Part shown: positions 28,856 through 37,560 of the stretch, piece after piece
How the letters are laid out: each line of letters opens with the position of its first letter
Position numbering within the stretch: the first letter of the stretch is position 1
Virus record (IMG/VR): IMGVR_UViG_3300020048_000128
Coordinates: 2,465-66,464 of that record
Direction: 5' to 3' (one strand)
DNA length: 64,000 nt
Source: a virus
Taxonomy: Duplodnaviria > Caudoviricetes
Notes under the pieces: generated by a model
Told to the model about the DNA's origin: nothing
Database searches by the model: none
What the model saw: only the letters and a program-made list of their open reading frames with translations
Program-made: the position numbers and the translations under genes

Positions 28856-29124
28856 TGTATATTGAGTTCAGCTTGCCTGGTGGGGCCGGCGGTCATTCTG
28901 CAGCGCATGCAGCGCATGCAAATCACATAATCAATCAGGCTCTGCATGACTGGAGCAACCGTTATCAAATTCCTTATAATACCAAGCTGGTAAAACACAA
29001 AAAACGTATCACGTTTGATTCTGACGAATCCTACAGCTTGTTTGCGTTGACTTGGATTCCTCATTCAAAATATCCAAGTTGGACAAATTTTAAGTTAGTG
29101 GTTGACCTAAATAACAAAATATAA
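28855..29124 (+). CDS. Hypothetical small protein (F-x-L-x-W-like C-terminal region)
   Basis: TFDSDESYSLFALTW. Confidence 0.65.
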   Translation: MYIEFSLPGGAGGHSAAHAAHANHIINQALHDWSNRYQIPYNTKLVKHKKRITFDSDESYSLFALTWIPHSKYPSWTNFKLVVDLNNKI

Positions 29125-29150
29125 TTCAAACTTCGTGTATAATAAATAAC

Positions 29151-29203
29151 AATGTAGCGCCGATGGTCGGGCTACATTAAACGTCATACTTGCTTAATAG
29201 GAG
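29151..29203 (+). promoter_or_regulatory. ROSE-like RNA thermometer leader
   Basis: 5' hairpin, then CUUGCUU-AAU-AGGAG (UYGCU paired to the SD), upstream of hsp20; TAAATA at 29143-29148. Confidence 0.65.
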
Positions 29204-29209
29204 AATAAC

Positions 29210-29671
29210 ATGACAAAAACTTTAACCCTTCGTTCCCTCGACATTCCCGCACTCACTAGATTTGGTATCGGTTTCGATAACATGTTTGATGAACTCATGC
29301 GTGTGAATGCTCAACAATCCAGTACAAATTACCCACCCTACAACATTGTACAAATCAATGAAGATGAGTACATAATCAGTGTGGCCGTGGCTGGGTTTGC
29401 TCTGGAAAACTTGGTAGTTACCAAGGACAAAAACTTCTTGGTTATTGAAGGAACCAACAGTGTAGGAAAGTTAGCAGACGAAGAATTTTCAAGTCATACC
29501 TATCTACACAAAGGTATCAGTGAAAGAACTTTCCGTAGAGAGTTCCAACTTGCAGACCATGTGGAAATCAGTAATGCCTATCTCGAACTTGGTATTCTAA
29601 GCGTGTACCTAAAGCGCGAAGTTCCTGAAAGTGCTAAACCAAAGACTATTGCTATCACTCACAAGTTGTAA
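29210..29671 (+). CDS. ibpA: Small heat shock protein Hsp20 (IbpA-like)
   Basis: GIGFD, NYPPYNI, AVAGF, YLHKGIS.R.F.R.F.LADH, GILSV. Confidence 0.95.
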   Translation: MTKTLTLRSLDIPALTRFGIGFDNMFDELMRVNAQQSSTNYPPYNIVQINEDEYIISVAVAGFALENLVVTKDKNFLVIEGTNSVGKLADEEFSSHTYLHKGISERTFRREFQLADHVEISNAYLELGILSVYLKREVPESAKPKTIAITHKL

Positions 29672-29728
29672 TATAATAGTGTAAATACAGTGGCAGCAAA
29701 ATCGCTGCCACTAATATCAAGGAAAACC

Positions 29729-30040
29729 ATGTCCAACGCTGAAGTTAAACATCGAACTCGTACTCTCGAGAGTCTCAAGGAACCTTCGTTGTTCAAAGTA
29801 ATATATCTCAACGACAATCAAACCACAATGGAGTTTGTGGTTGAAAGTCTAATGGAATTCTTTGATTACAATGCAGACACTGCACATCAAATCACGGTTG
29901 ATATTCACGAAGAAGGATCAGCAGTGGTTGCTGTGTTGCCTTATGAGCTTGCTGAACAAAAGGGTATTGAAGTTACACACATGGCCCGTGCTCAAAGTTA
30001 TCCTTTGCAGATCAAGCTAGAAGCTGATCACAATCTTTAA
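29729..30040 (+). CDS. clpS: Clp adaptor ClpS
   Basis: PSLFKVIYLNDNQTTMEFVV, VDIHEEGSAVV, YPLQIKLE; AAGGA RBS. Confidence 0.93.
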   Translation: MSNAEVKHRTRTLESLKEPSLFKVIYLNDNQTTMEFVVESLMEFFDYNADTAHQITVDIHEEGSAVVAVLPYELAEQKGIEVTHMARAQSYPLQIKLEADHNL

Positions 30041-30825
30041 AAATCAACCAAGATACGACGCGGATAATACACTTGTTGTCCGTAAGGCGTATCTCCTCTT
30101 CCGCGGCAGTTGTTTACAAATCGTATACCTGACCTGAGTTGATCTACTGCACCGTGATAATGACCAAAGCACCAGGTATGAATTTTGTTCTCAGTGTCTG
30201 CTGCCATAGCTTGCATCATGTAACGATTGCCCATGGTGTTAAATTGCAGTCTACCTTCTAGGCTAATATCATGTTGAATTAACAAAGGATCAGGAACAGT
30301 ATGAGTTACGACCACAATTTTTTTGACGTCTTGATGTGTTTGCAGTCTGCGAATACTGCTGGTCAAATATGTAGAATCAGTTATTGCCATGCGTTTAATT
30401 GCATCAAGCCTAGCATCATCTAAATTGTGTTTTTCCTTGTACCACTCACGAGCACCATCAGAATCAAGCCCATAATCAAAATCAAACCCCCACCAACCGT
30501 TTGTGCCCACTACTGCTACACCATCAATAACTACCACATTATCTTGGAGATACACTACGTTAGGAATACGTTGAATTTGGGCCGCTAACAGTTGATAGCT
30601 ATTGGTTAAGCTGCCCGCATAGCCGGCATGCTCGTCGTTTCCATCTATATAAAATACAGCTTGGTAGCATTGTCCGAGGTGGCGCAACGTATCTATTAGA
30701 GTGCGACGGTCTTGAGTAATGTCTCCAGCAATAATGCATACCGGACTTGTAGCTTGGCCTTCCCAGTTAAACTGGTCCCAAGTTTCAATGTGAAGGTCAG
30801 AAATTAAATCAAAAGCAAACTGCAT
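30037..30825 (-). CDS. Calcineurin-like metallophosphoesterase
   Basis: SDLH, AGD, GNDEH, VTHTVP, FGHYH. Confidence 0.9.
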   Translation of the reverse strand: MQFAFDLISDLHIETWDQFNWEGQATSPVCIIAGDITQDRRTLIDTLRHLGQCYQAVFYIDGNDEHAGYAGSLTNSYQLLAAQIQRIPNVVYLQDNVVVIDGVAVVGTNGWWGFDFDYGLDSDGAREWYKEKHNLDDARLDAIKRMAITDSTYLTSSIRRLQTHQDVKKIVVVTHTVPDPLLIQHDISLEGRLQFNTMGNRYMMQAMAADTENKIHTWCFGHYHGAVDQLRSGIRFVNNCRGRGDTPYGQQVYYPRRILVDF

Positions 30826-30849
30826 GATACATATTTAAAAGGAAAACAT

Positions 30850-31206
30850 ATGAACGTAATATTTGGCGAAGCCCGAAACGAAATTCCTAACGGACACACT
30901 GTACTAGAACTTGATACTTTTCAAGTGCCTGATTCGGGCCAAACTATCACAGCATACTGTTTGGTTGAAAAAATCCCACTTGGAGAATTTGCTACATTAG
31001 AAAATTATCGAAAGATTCACGAAGATCTAGTGAGATTTTATAAACAACAACACTGGGACTACTGCGAGCATGCAATTGAATCTCTTATGGGTAGATGGAA
31101 TCGTGAACTTGATTCTTTTTATAGCGATTTGCTGCAACGAGTAATAGAATACAAAATAAACCCACCCTCTGAATCTTGGGATGGATCAGTAATCAAACAT
31201 CAATAA
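30850..31206 (+). CDS. Hypothetical protein
   Basis: AAGGA RBS; C-terminal WDG motif. Confidence 0.7.
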   Translation: MNVIFGEARNEIPNGHTVLELDTFQVPDSGQTITAYCLVEKIPLGEFATLENYRKIHEDLVRFYKQQHWDYCEHAIESLMGRWNRELDSFYSDLLQRVIEYKINPPSESWDGSVIKHQ

Positions 31207-31222
31207 GTTGTCACACATATGG

Positions 31223-31251
31223 TTGCTTTTTACTGCATAAAATAGTATAAT
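31223..31251 (+). promoter_or_regulatory. sigma70-like promoter
   Basis: TTGCTT-17-TATAAT immediately before the dehydrogenase gene. Confidence 0.6.
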
Positions 31252-31256
31252 TAGAT

Positions 31257-32495
31257 ATGAAAAAAATTGGATTCATTGGTATTGGCAAGCTAGGACTAGA
31301 CTGCGCCGAAGTAATGGCAGAACAGCACGAAGTGCGTGGCTACGACATTTATCCTCGAACCAGCAAATCAGTAAACGTGTGTACGATTGATGAACTGGTC
31401 AGTCAAAGCGAGTGGATATTTATTGCGGTTCCAACTCCGCATGTTGAAGGATATGATGGGTCGGTTCCTAGCAGCCACATGGAACCACGAGATTTTGGGC
31501 ATGATGCAGTCATTGATGCAATCAACAACATCAATCGTTATGCAATTGAGCCCAAAAAAGTTGTGTTAATCAGCACAGTATTGCCCGGCACAACTCGAAA
31601 CAAGTTTGTGCCTTTGCTAAACAAACAACATCAGTTCTTGTATAATCCTTATTTGATTGCCATGGGCTCAGTTAAGTGGGACATGGTGAATCCTGAGATG
31701 ATCATGATCGGTACTCAAGATGGCGCTATGTCGGGAGTAGCTGGAGAACTAATTGATCTATATCGAACTATGATGGTAAACAATCCACGTTATGAGATTG
31801 GCACCTGGGACGAGTGCGAAGCTATCAAGATTTTTTATAACACGTACATTTCAGCCAAGATTGGTATTGTGAACATGATTCAAGACTTTGCCATGAAAAT
31901 TGGTAATATCAACGTTGATGTTGTTACCAATGCCTTGGCCCGCAGCACAATGCGACTGCAAGGTCCCAAGTACATGACTGCTGGCATGGGCGATGCAGGT
32001 GCTTGTCATCCACGTGACAATATTGCACTGCGATGGCTGGCACAAGAATATGACATTGGTTACGACATGTTTGATACTATCATGCATGCTCGAGAGATAC
32101 AGGCTCAGAATTTGGCGTTGTTCTTGGTTGACCAGGCCAAACAACACAACATGAAAATTGTAATCCACGGCAAAGCCTACAAACCCGATGTTGAGTATTG
32201 TATTGGCAGTTACAGCGTCTTGGTAGGCTACTATATTGAACAAGCCGGGCATGATATATATTATGTTGATCCTTTAGCTGACAATCCCGAGCATGTGATT
32301 GGTCAAGTACATGAACCTGTAGTTTTTCTCTGGGCACACAATCGCAAAATCACATATGAGTATACCGGCCAGCAAGCTGATACTGAAGCATATTGTGCTA
32401 TTCCGCCCGGCAGTGTTATTGTTGATCCATGGCGCAAGTTAATTTCAACTCCAAATATCAAGGTAATTCATTATGGCAATACCAGGACCGTTTAA
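31257..32495 (+). CDS. ugd: UDP-glucose/GDP-mannose dehydrogenase family
   Basis: GIGKLG Rossmann, IAVPTP, ISTVLPGT, EAIKIFYN, GACHPRD (catalytic Cys), GKAYKPDV. Confidence 0.88.
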   Translation: MKKIGFIGIGKLGLDCAEVMAEQHEVRGYDIYPRTSKSVNVCTIDELVSQSEWIFIAVPTPHVEGYDGSVPSSHMEPRDFGHDAVIDAINNINRYAIEPKKVVLISTVLPGTTRNKFVPLLNKQHQFLYNPYLIAMGSVKWDMVNPEMIMIGTQDGAMSGVAGELIDLYRTMMVNNPRYEIGTWDECEAIKIFYNTYISAKIGIVNMIQDFAMKIGNINVDVVTNALARSTMRLQGPKYMTAGMGDAGACHPRDNIALRWLAQEYDIGYDMFDTIMHAREIQAQNLALFLVDQAKQHNMKIVIHGKAYKPDVEYCIGSYSVLVGYYIEQAGHDIYYVDPLADNPEHVIGQVHEPVVFLWAHNRKITYEYTGQQADTEAYCAIPPGSVIVDPWRKLISTPNIKVIHYGNTRTV

Positions 32496-32991
32496 GTATC
32501 ATATTCCTAAATTCTGGGACGACGAGTTCAAGAGCTTGAACTATATTTCTGAACCCTTTAATGATCCCGAGACCGTGTCCGTTTGGATAGCGCAAGGATA
32601 TCAAAACAAGATTATCGGTGATCTCTGCGACATGCGTCACGACCTGCCAGACTGGTCCAAGCAAATAATTCAAATCTACACCGAGTTGGGCTGGAAAAAT
32701 ATTGGCCTTGCTTTTTATCGTATGAGAACCGGTACAGTGATGCCTGTGCATAGTGATCTTTACAAGCGTTACATTGAATTGTTTAGTCTCAAGGGTCGAG
32801 AACACACTATTAAACGTGCTCTGTTATTACTCGAAGATTGGAAGTCAGGCCATTACCTTGAAGTAGCCGGGATTCCTTATGTGAATTGGTCAGCCGGCGA
32901 TGTAATAGAATGGACATACGATATACCACATATGGCAGCAAATCTTGGACTTGAAGATCGTTATACCTTGCAAATCACAGGCCATCAATGA
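32473..32991 (+). CDS. Fe(II)/2OG-type oxygenase (cupin fold)
   Basis: MPVHSD...PHMAAN H-x-D...H triad; RYTLQITG. Confidence 0.75.
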   Translation: MAIPGPFKYHIPKFWDDEFKSLNYISEPFNDPETVSVWIAQGYQNKIIGDLCDMRHDLPDWSKQIIQIYTELGWKNIGLAFYRMRTGTVMPVHSDLYKRYIELFSLKGREHTIKRALLLLEDWKSGHYLEVAGIPYVNWSAGDVIEWTYDIPHMAANLGLEDRYTLQITGHQ

Positions 32992-33905
32992 TATCTAGCT
33001 ATAACGAATACAGTACGTTGAAGAAAATTGTCGTAGGTGATGCCACTTATGCTAACTGGCCTGTGTATGATCCTGTATTCAGAGCTGAAGCTGACCACAC
33101 ACTTTGGAAAGAGACTCCGCTACCAAGTGGGCCTGTTCCGCAGTACATTATTGATGAAGCCAATGAGGATTTGCAGGGCTTGTGTAATATTCTAACACAA
33201 CACGGTGTTGAAGTTGTGCGACCAGCTACGTTCAACTTTCAAACTCACGATGGCATGTACAACTACTGTCCTCGTGATAGATTTATTGTGCATGGCGGTA
33301 CGATCATTGATCCTGCCATGATGTATCCTTGCAGAGACATGGAGTATCAGTGCTACGTTGATATACTGGAGCAAGCAGATTGTATTATTCGCATGCCACG
33401 CAATGCAGGCATGGTGTTGGATGCTGCCAATGTGTTGCGAGTAGCGCGAAACAAATGGTTATTCTTGGAATCTGCTAGTGGTAATCGTGCGGCCTACGAA
33501 TGGTTGTGCGAGCAGTTACCCAAAGTAGAGATTGAATTGTGTAATTTTTATGCTGGCGTGCATATTGACAGTACCATTGTGGCCTTGAACGAAAACACTT
33601 TTGTAGTCAACGGCGCTAGAGTCAACAACACCACTTTGCCCAAAATGTTACAAGATAAAACAATACTGTATGTGAATCAAGTGGTACCGCAAGGGTTTTA
33701 CGAATATCCCTATGCATCAAAATGGATTGCTCTAAACATGTTAAGCATTGATCCCAAAACAGTAATTGTTGACGCCAAACAAACCGAATTGATCCAGACT
33801 CTCAGAAACCAACTTGGCATGACAGTTATTCCACACGAGCTAAGGCATTCTCGTACGCTAGGTGGTGGATTTCACTGTGTTACATTAGATCTTGAGCGCA
33901 ATTGA
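32988..33905 (+). CDS. Amidinotransferase (glycine/inosamine-phosphate amidinotransferase family)
   Basis: SYNEYSTLKKIVVG, CPRD, LDAAN, HIDST, GGGFHCVT (catalytic Asp/His/Cys). Confidence 0.88.
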   Translation: MISSYNEYSTLKKIVVGDATYANWPVYDPVFRAEADHTLWKETPLPSGPVPQYIIDEANEDLQGLCNILTQHGVEVVRPATFNFQTHDGMYNYCPRDRFIVHGGTIIDPAMMYPCRDMEYQCYVDILEQADCIIRMPRNAGMVLDAANVLRVARNKWLFLESASGNRAAYEWLCEQLPKVEIELCNFYAGVHIDSTIVALNENTFVVNGARVNNTTLPKMLQDKTILYVNQVVPQGFYEYPYASKWIALNMLSIDPKTVIVDAKQTELIQTLRNQLGMTVIPHELRHSRTLGGGFHCVTLDLERN

Positions 33906-33930
33906 CCATTATTTGCATTTGCTGTATAAT
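33902..33930 (+). promoter_or_regulatory. sigma70-type promoter
   Basis: TTGACC-17-TATAAT. Confidence 0.8.
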
Positions 33931-33936
33931 ACAAGT

Positions 33937-34959
33937 ATGAATACACCTAAAATTGGCTTTTGTTGCAAGTGGCTTAATGATCCGTCTGAATGCGGCGGCA
34001 TGAAAGTCAATGCAAAAGATCGAGACCTTAACGGGCGTTCAACTACCATGCGCTGGCTCCGTGAGCACAAGAGCGAAGCTGAACAGCGACAATGGGATAT
34101 CATGAATCACAATGCTCGTGCAGCAGTACTCATGATTGAGCGTGTGTCTACCTTGCCCGAAGGTCGACGCATGGTGCGACTGGGCAGCGAAATGCTGCAA
34201 GGCTACACACACGAAGACTGGATTCCGTTCTGGCAGCAGGCTGATGTGCAAGATCACTGTGCAAAAATCTTTGCTCCGGTGGGCGAAACTGCCCGCAGGC
34301 TTGGTGTGCGTCTTAGCTTTCATCCTGGACAATTTTGTGTGCTGGCCAGCGAAAGCGATGAAATTGTTGAACGTAGTATTTTAGAATTTGAGTATCATGC
34401 AGACATGGCTCGTTGGATGGGCTATGGTAAAAATTGGCATGATCACGGATTCAAGATAAATGTACATTTAAGTGGCAAAGGTGGTGTCACAAAATTCCTG
34501 CGAACTCTGGGTCGCCTCACTCCCGAGGCCAGGAACTTAATTACCATCGAAAATGACGAGATGACAAATGGGATCGATTCTACTTTACTTGTGGCTGAGC
34601 ATGTGGCTCTCGTACTGGATGTACACCATCATTGGATCAACTCGGGGGAATATATCAAGCCTGATGATGCTCGCGTTGCAAGGGTTGTTGACTCTTGGCG
34701 TGGCGTTCGTCCTGCTCTTCACTATTCAGTTAGCCGTGAAGATATTCTGGTTGGGCATGATGGAGGAGTTCGTCCAGACCTTGCTGCCCTTCTTGATGCA
34801 GGTTTTAAAAAGCAAAAGCTCCGGGCTCACAGCGATATGATGTGGAACACTGCCTGCAACGACTGGGTCTTGGGATTTTCTCCACAGTTTGACATCCAAT
34901 GCGAAGCCAAAGGCAAGAATATTGCCAGCGAGCAACTTTACACTCAACTCAATGCATGA
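33937..34959 (+). CDS. uvsE: UV damage endonuclease UvsE
   Basis: IGFCC, RLSFHPGQF, NVHLSG, IENDE, LDVHHH, HYSVSR, RAHSD, CEAKGK. Confidence 0.93.
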   Translation: MNTPKIGFCCKWLNDPSECGGMKVNAKDRDLNGRSTTMRWLREHKSEAEQRQWDIMNHNARAAVLMIERVSTLPEGRRMVRLGSEMLQGYTHEDWIPFWQQADVQDHCAKIFAPVGETARRLGVRLSFHPGQFCVLASESDEIVERSILEFEYHADMARWMGYGKNWHDHGFKINVHLSGKGGVTKFLRTLGRLTPEARNLITIENDEMTNGIDSTLLVAEHVALVLDVHHHWINSGEYIKPDDARVARVVDSWRGVRPALHYSVSREDILVGHDGGVRPDLAALLDAGFKKQKLRAHSDMMWNTACNDWVLGFSPQFDIQCEAKGKNIASEQLYTQLNA

Positions 34960-35242
34960 CATTTTTATAAACACACTAGTCTGGATCAAAGATGATTTTC
35001 GTAGCAATCGTGTGCGCTTTGTTATCGAGCTACTTGCTTGGGCTATCAGTATTGGTTGTAGCGTCACAATGGCCCTTACCGTTCCTACGCCGCCTCTCAT
35101 ATACCTTTATCCTGTTTGGATCCTCGGTTGCAGTCTCTATGCTTGGGCTGCATATACTCGTAAAAGCTTTGGCATGATTGCCAACTATATTCTACTAGTA
35201 ACAATTGACTCAGTGGGTCTTGTACGAATGATTGTAGCATAA
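34952..35242 (+). CDS. Small membrane protein
   Basis: Three hydrophobic segments. Confidence 0.7.
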   Translation: MHDIFINTLVWIKDDFRSNRVRFVIELLAWAISIGCSVTMALTVPTPPLIYLYPVWILGCSLYAWAAYTRKSFGMIANYILLVTIDSVGLVRMIVA

Positions 35243-35249
35243 AACAAAA

Positions 35250-35613
35250 ATCAGCGTGACACAAGGTTGGCAGGCCGGTTGATATTCTGCTGGGTAAGCA
35301 TCTGAACGGTGTGCCGATGCCCAATTCTCTTTTCCGCAAGAGACCTCTAACTCACTACCCGCCTCAGTGCGGATGCCTTAAAATGTTGCCCCATGGGTCT
35401 TACGTTTGAGTTGTTGTATACAGGTTGAGTGCAGCGCAAGCTGACTTAGATGCAATATGTCCATGCCAACAACTGACACCGAGGTTGGCTTAAAAATCGT
35501 AGTAGGTAGGGTAAGGTACAGAGCCCAGAGACATGCAATCCCAAACACCTGCGGTCAAGGAGCGAAAGCAACTCAGATGAAAATCTCAATGGCATCTATA
35601 GTGGGTGTCATTG
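35250..35613 (+). ncRNA. Candidate large structured non-coding RNA
   Basis: ORF-free ~460-nt gap with about 10 helices, G.U pairs that favour the plus strand, and GNRA loops (see findings). Confidence 0.55.
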
Positions 35614-35638
35614 TCGCTCTACAATCTAGATGAATTAA

Positions 35639-35703
35639 CTTCGTTCAACGATTCAATAATGCTTCGAACGAAGTGACGAAGCAGATGTAGCGACAGCTAC
35701 ATC
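35639..35703. terminator. Inverted repeats at a convergent boundary (possible terminator)
   Basis: CTTCGTTC/GAACGAAG and GATGTAGC-GACA-GCTACATC. Confidence 0.5.
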
Positions 35704-36406
35704 ACTCCTTGATGGCTACTAGCTTGAGTGGCTCAAGTAGTTTTACGTACATCCATCCAATATCAAATTCCCATAGCTCTCGACTGAGTTTGGGACTTGC
35801 TGGATTTAGGTGATGATTGTTGTGTAATTCTTCACCGCCAATAATGATGCCCCATGGGCTGATATTTCGGCTGTGGTCCTTGGTGTCACCGTTGCGATAT
35901 CCCCACCAGTGTCCTAGCCCGTTGACAACACCTGCTGCCCAGAACGGAATCCAAGCCATCTGTACCAACCAGATCACCATGCCTGTCCATCCAAATACTG
36001 CTAGGTTGAACAAAAAGAGAATGCCAATGCCAAGTCTACTGTGACGAGTGTATACATGTTGCTCCATCCAATCAGCAGGAGTACCAACACCGTATGAATC
36101 AACCATGACTTTGTCTTTTGATGCTGCATGATATAATGCTGCTCCTTTAAATAACACACGCCAAAAACCGTACACATGTGGGCTGTGCGGATCACCTGCA
36201 ACATCTGTGCTACGATGGTGCTTGCGATGTATTGCTACCCACTGTTTTGTTACCATGCCTGTTGTGAGCCAAAGCCAAGCTCGCATAAAGTGTTCTACTG
36301 CAGGATGAAACACTAGAGATCGGTGTGCTTGGGCACGGTGTAAAAACAAAGTCACGCACACTATAGTAATGTGCGTGACTATCAGTGTGTAAATCAAATA
36401 GGTCAT
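35702..36406 (-). CDS. Acyl-CoA/acyl-lipid delta-9-type fatty acid desaturase
   Basis: His boxes HRAQAH, HRKHH, HNNHH; ATG at 36406 overlaps the upstream TAA. Confidence 0.92.
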   Translation of the reverse strand: MTYLIYTLIVTHITIVCVTLFLHRAQAHRSLVFHPAVEHFMRAWLWLTTGMVTKQWVAIHRKHHRSTDVAGDPHSPHVYGFWRVLFKGAALYHAASKDKVMVDSYGVGTPADWMEQHVYTRHSRLGIGILFLFNLAVFGWTGMVIWLVQMAWIPFWAAGVVNGLGHWWGYRNGDTKDHSRNISPWGIIIGGEELHNNHHLNPASPKLSRELWEFDIGWMYVKLLEPLKLVAIKE

Positions 36407-36954
36407 TACATACTTAGCGGTGCCCAGAGCCACACACCTTGACTTATGAGCACCAGACCTAGGCCACCAACAGCCAGTGAACCCCAATACATACGCATGT
36501 TTACTGCAATAATACTAGCACTCAGTAACACAATGGCTAACTGAAACAACATGCCCGAGAACGTAAGCCATGGGCTGTGTGCTCTAGCTTGTTCACGTGC
36601 TTCCTCTTGTGCCCGAGCTTTGGCTAACAGTTCCTTTTTTCCCTCGCCTGTTTCTGGTTCTGACTCGTAACGAGCAATCTTGGCTTCTAGTGTAGCAATG
36701 CGTTCTTTGTCTGACCCCCGTTTGGCTTCTTCCAGTTGCCCTTCTGCTAAAGTTTGCTTGATACTCTTGCTTTGATAAAAGCCATAAGTGTTGGAAGCTT
36801 TTAGCAAGTTGGTTTGTGCTATGCTGCTAAAGTTATTAGCAACATAGGTATTAGCCGCAAGGAACAAGGCCATTATAACAATAACAAGTCCTGCCTTGTC
36901 TTTGATTTGTGCTTCACGCTCTGAGCGTGTGAGTGGTTTCTTTTCTTCTGTCAT
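36406..36954 (-). CDS. DUF4337-like membrane protein
   Basis: TM, then YGFYQSKSIK, coiled coil, LFQLAIVLLSAS TM. Confidence 0.7.
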   Translation of the reverse strand: MTEEKKPLTRSEREAQIKDKAGLVIVIMALFLAANTYVANNFSSIAQTNLLKASNTYGFYQSKSIKQTLAEGQLEEAKRGSDKERIATLEAKIARYESEPETGEGKKELLAKARAQEEAREQARAHSPWLTFSGMLFQLAIVLLSASIIAVNMRMYWGSLAVGGLGLVLISQGVWLWAPLSM

Positions 36955-36963
36955 GGTATTTCC

Positions 36964-37551
36964 TTATTTTCCAGCTAGTGGGTTGTCAATTGCCTTCTGA
37001 ATCTTGCTATCAACCTCACGTTTGAGTACGTCTACTTCACGTGAAATTTCTCTGCGAGCTTCGGCCATCTCTTTACGTATAGCATTAACTTCGGCTCGTG
37101 CTTTGTCTAGATCTTCACGCACGTCCTTGCGAGCTTGACGCATTTCAGATTCAGTTTCACGCTGTGCAGTTTTAACACTGCGCTCTACTTGTTCAGTTAC
37201 CGACTCGTTGCGTCGAATATCGTTTTTTAGATCAGTCTTGATGTCACGAGTATAGTCTGCACCCTTTTGACTGTTTTCTTCAATCACAGCCAAGCGCTTG
37301 TCAAACCCGCTTAGGTCAGGTGCAGAATAATCGGCAATCTTTTTCTTCATGCCTTGGTAGTCTTTGTAAACTTCAAACGCACCATACAAGCTGCCTAAAG
37401 CGCTACTTACAATGGTAAATGCAATCATGAGTTTAGCAGGCGTAAATTCATAACCGCCAATGCTGATCACTGTGTCTTTGCTGGCGTACTTTTTGGCCGC
37501 AACCTCAAGTTCATCCACTTTGTCATTTATATTTTTAATTTCTTGTGTCAT
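36964..37551 (-). CDS. Membrane-anchored coiled-coil protein
   Basis: Single TM, long heptad region, ends DNPLAGK. Confidence 0.7.
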   Translation of the reverse strand: MTQEIKNINDKVDELEVAAKKYASKDTVISIGGYEFTPAKLMIAFTIVSSALGSLYGAFEVYKDYQGMKKKIADYSAPDLSGFDKRLAVIEENSQKGADYTRDIKTDLKNDIRRNESVTEQVERSVKTAQRETESEMRQARKDVREDLDKARAEVNAIRKEMAEARREISREVDVLKREVDSKIQKAIDNPLAGK

Positions 37552-37560
37552 TTCTTCTCC

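Noticed and set aside
32988-33905. 7-deazaguanine (archaeosine) DNA modification pathway
   Set aside because: No folE/queD/queE/queC/dpdA in the window, and archaeosine amidino-transfer uses ArcS/QueF-L/Gat-QueC, not this family. It cannot be excluded for the rest of the genome.
35243-35703. tRNA, tmRNA, RNase P RNA or group I/II intron
   Set aside because: No T-loop GTTCRA/CCA end, no tmRNA termini, no GAGGAAAGUCC, no recognisable intron catalytic core, and no interrupted host gene.
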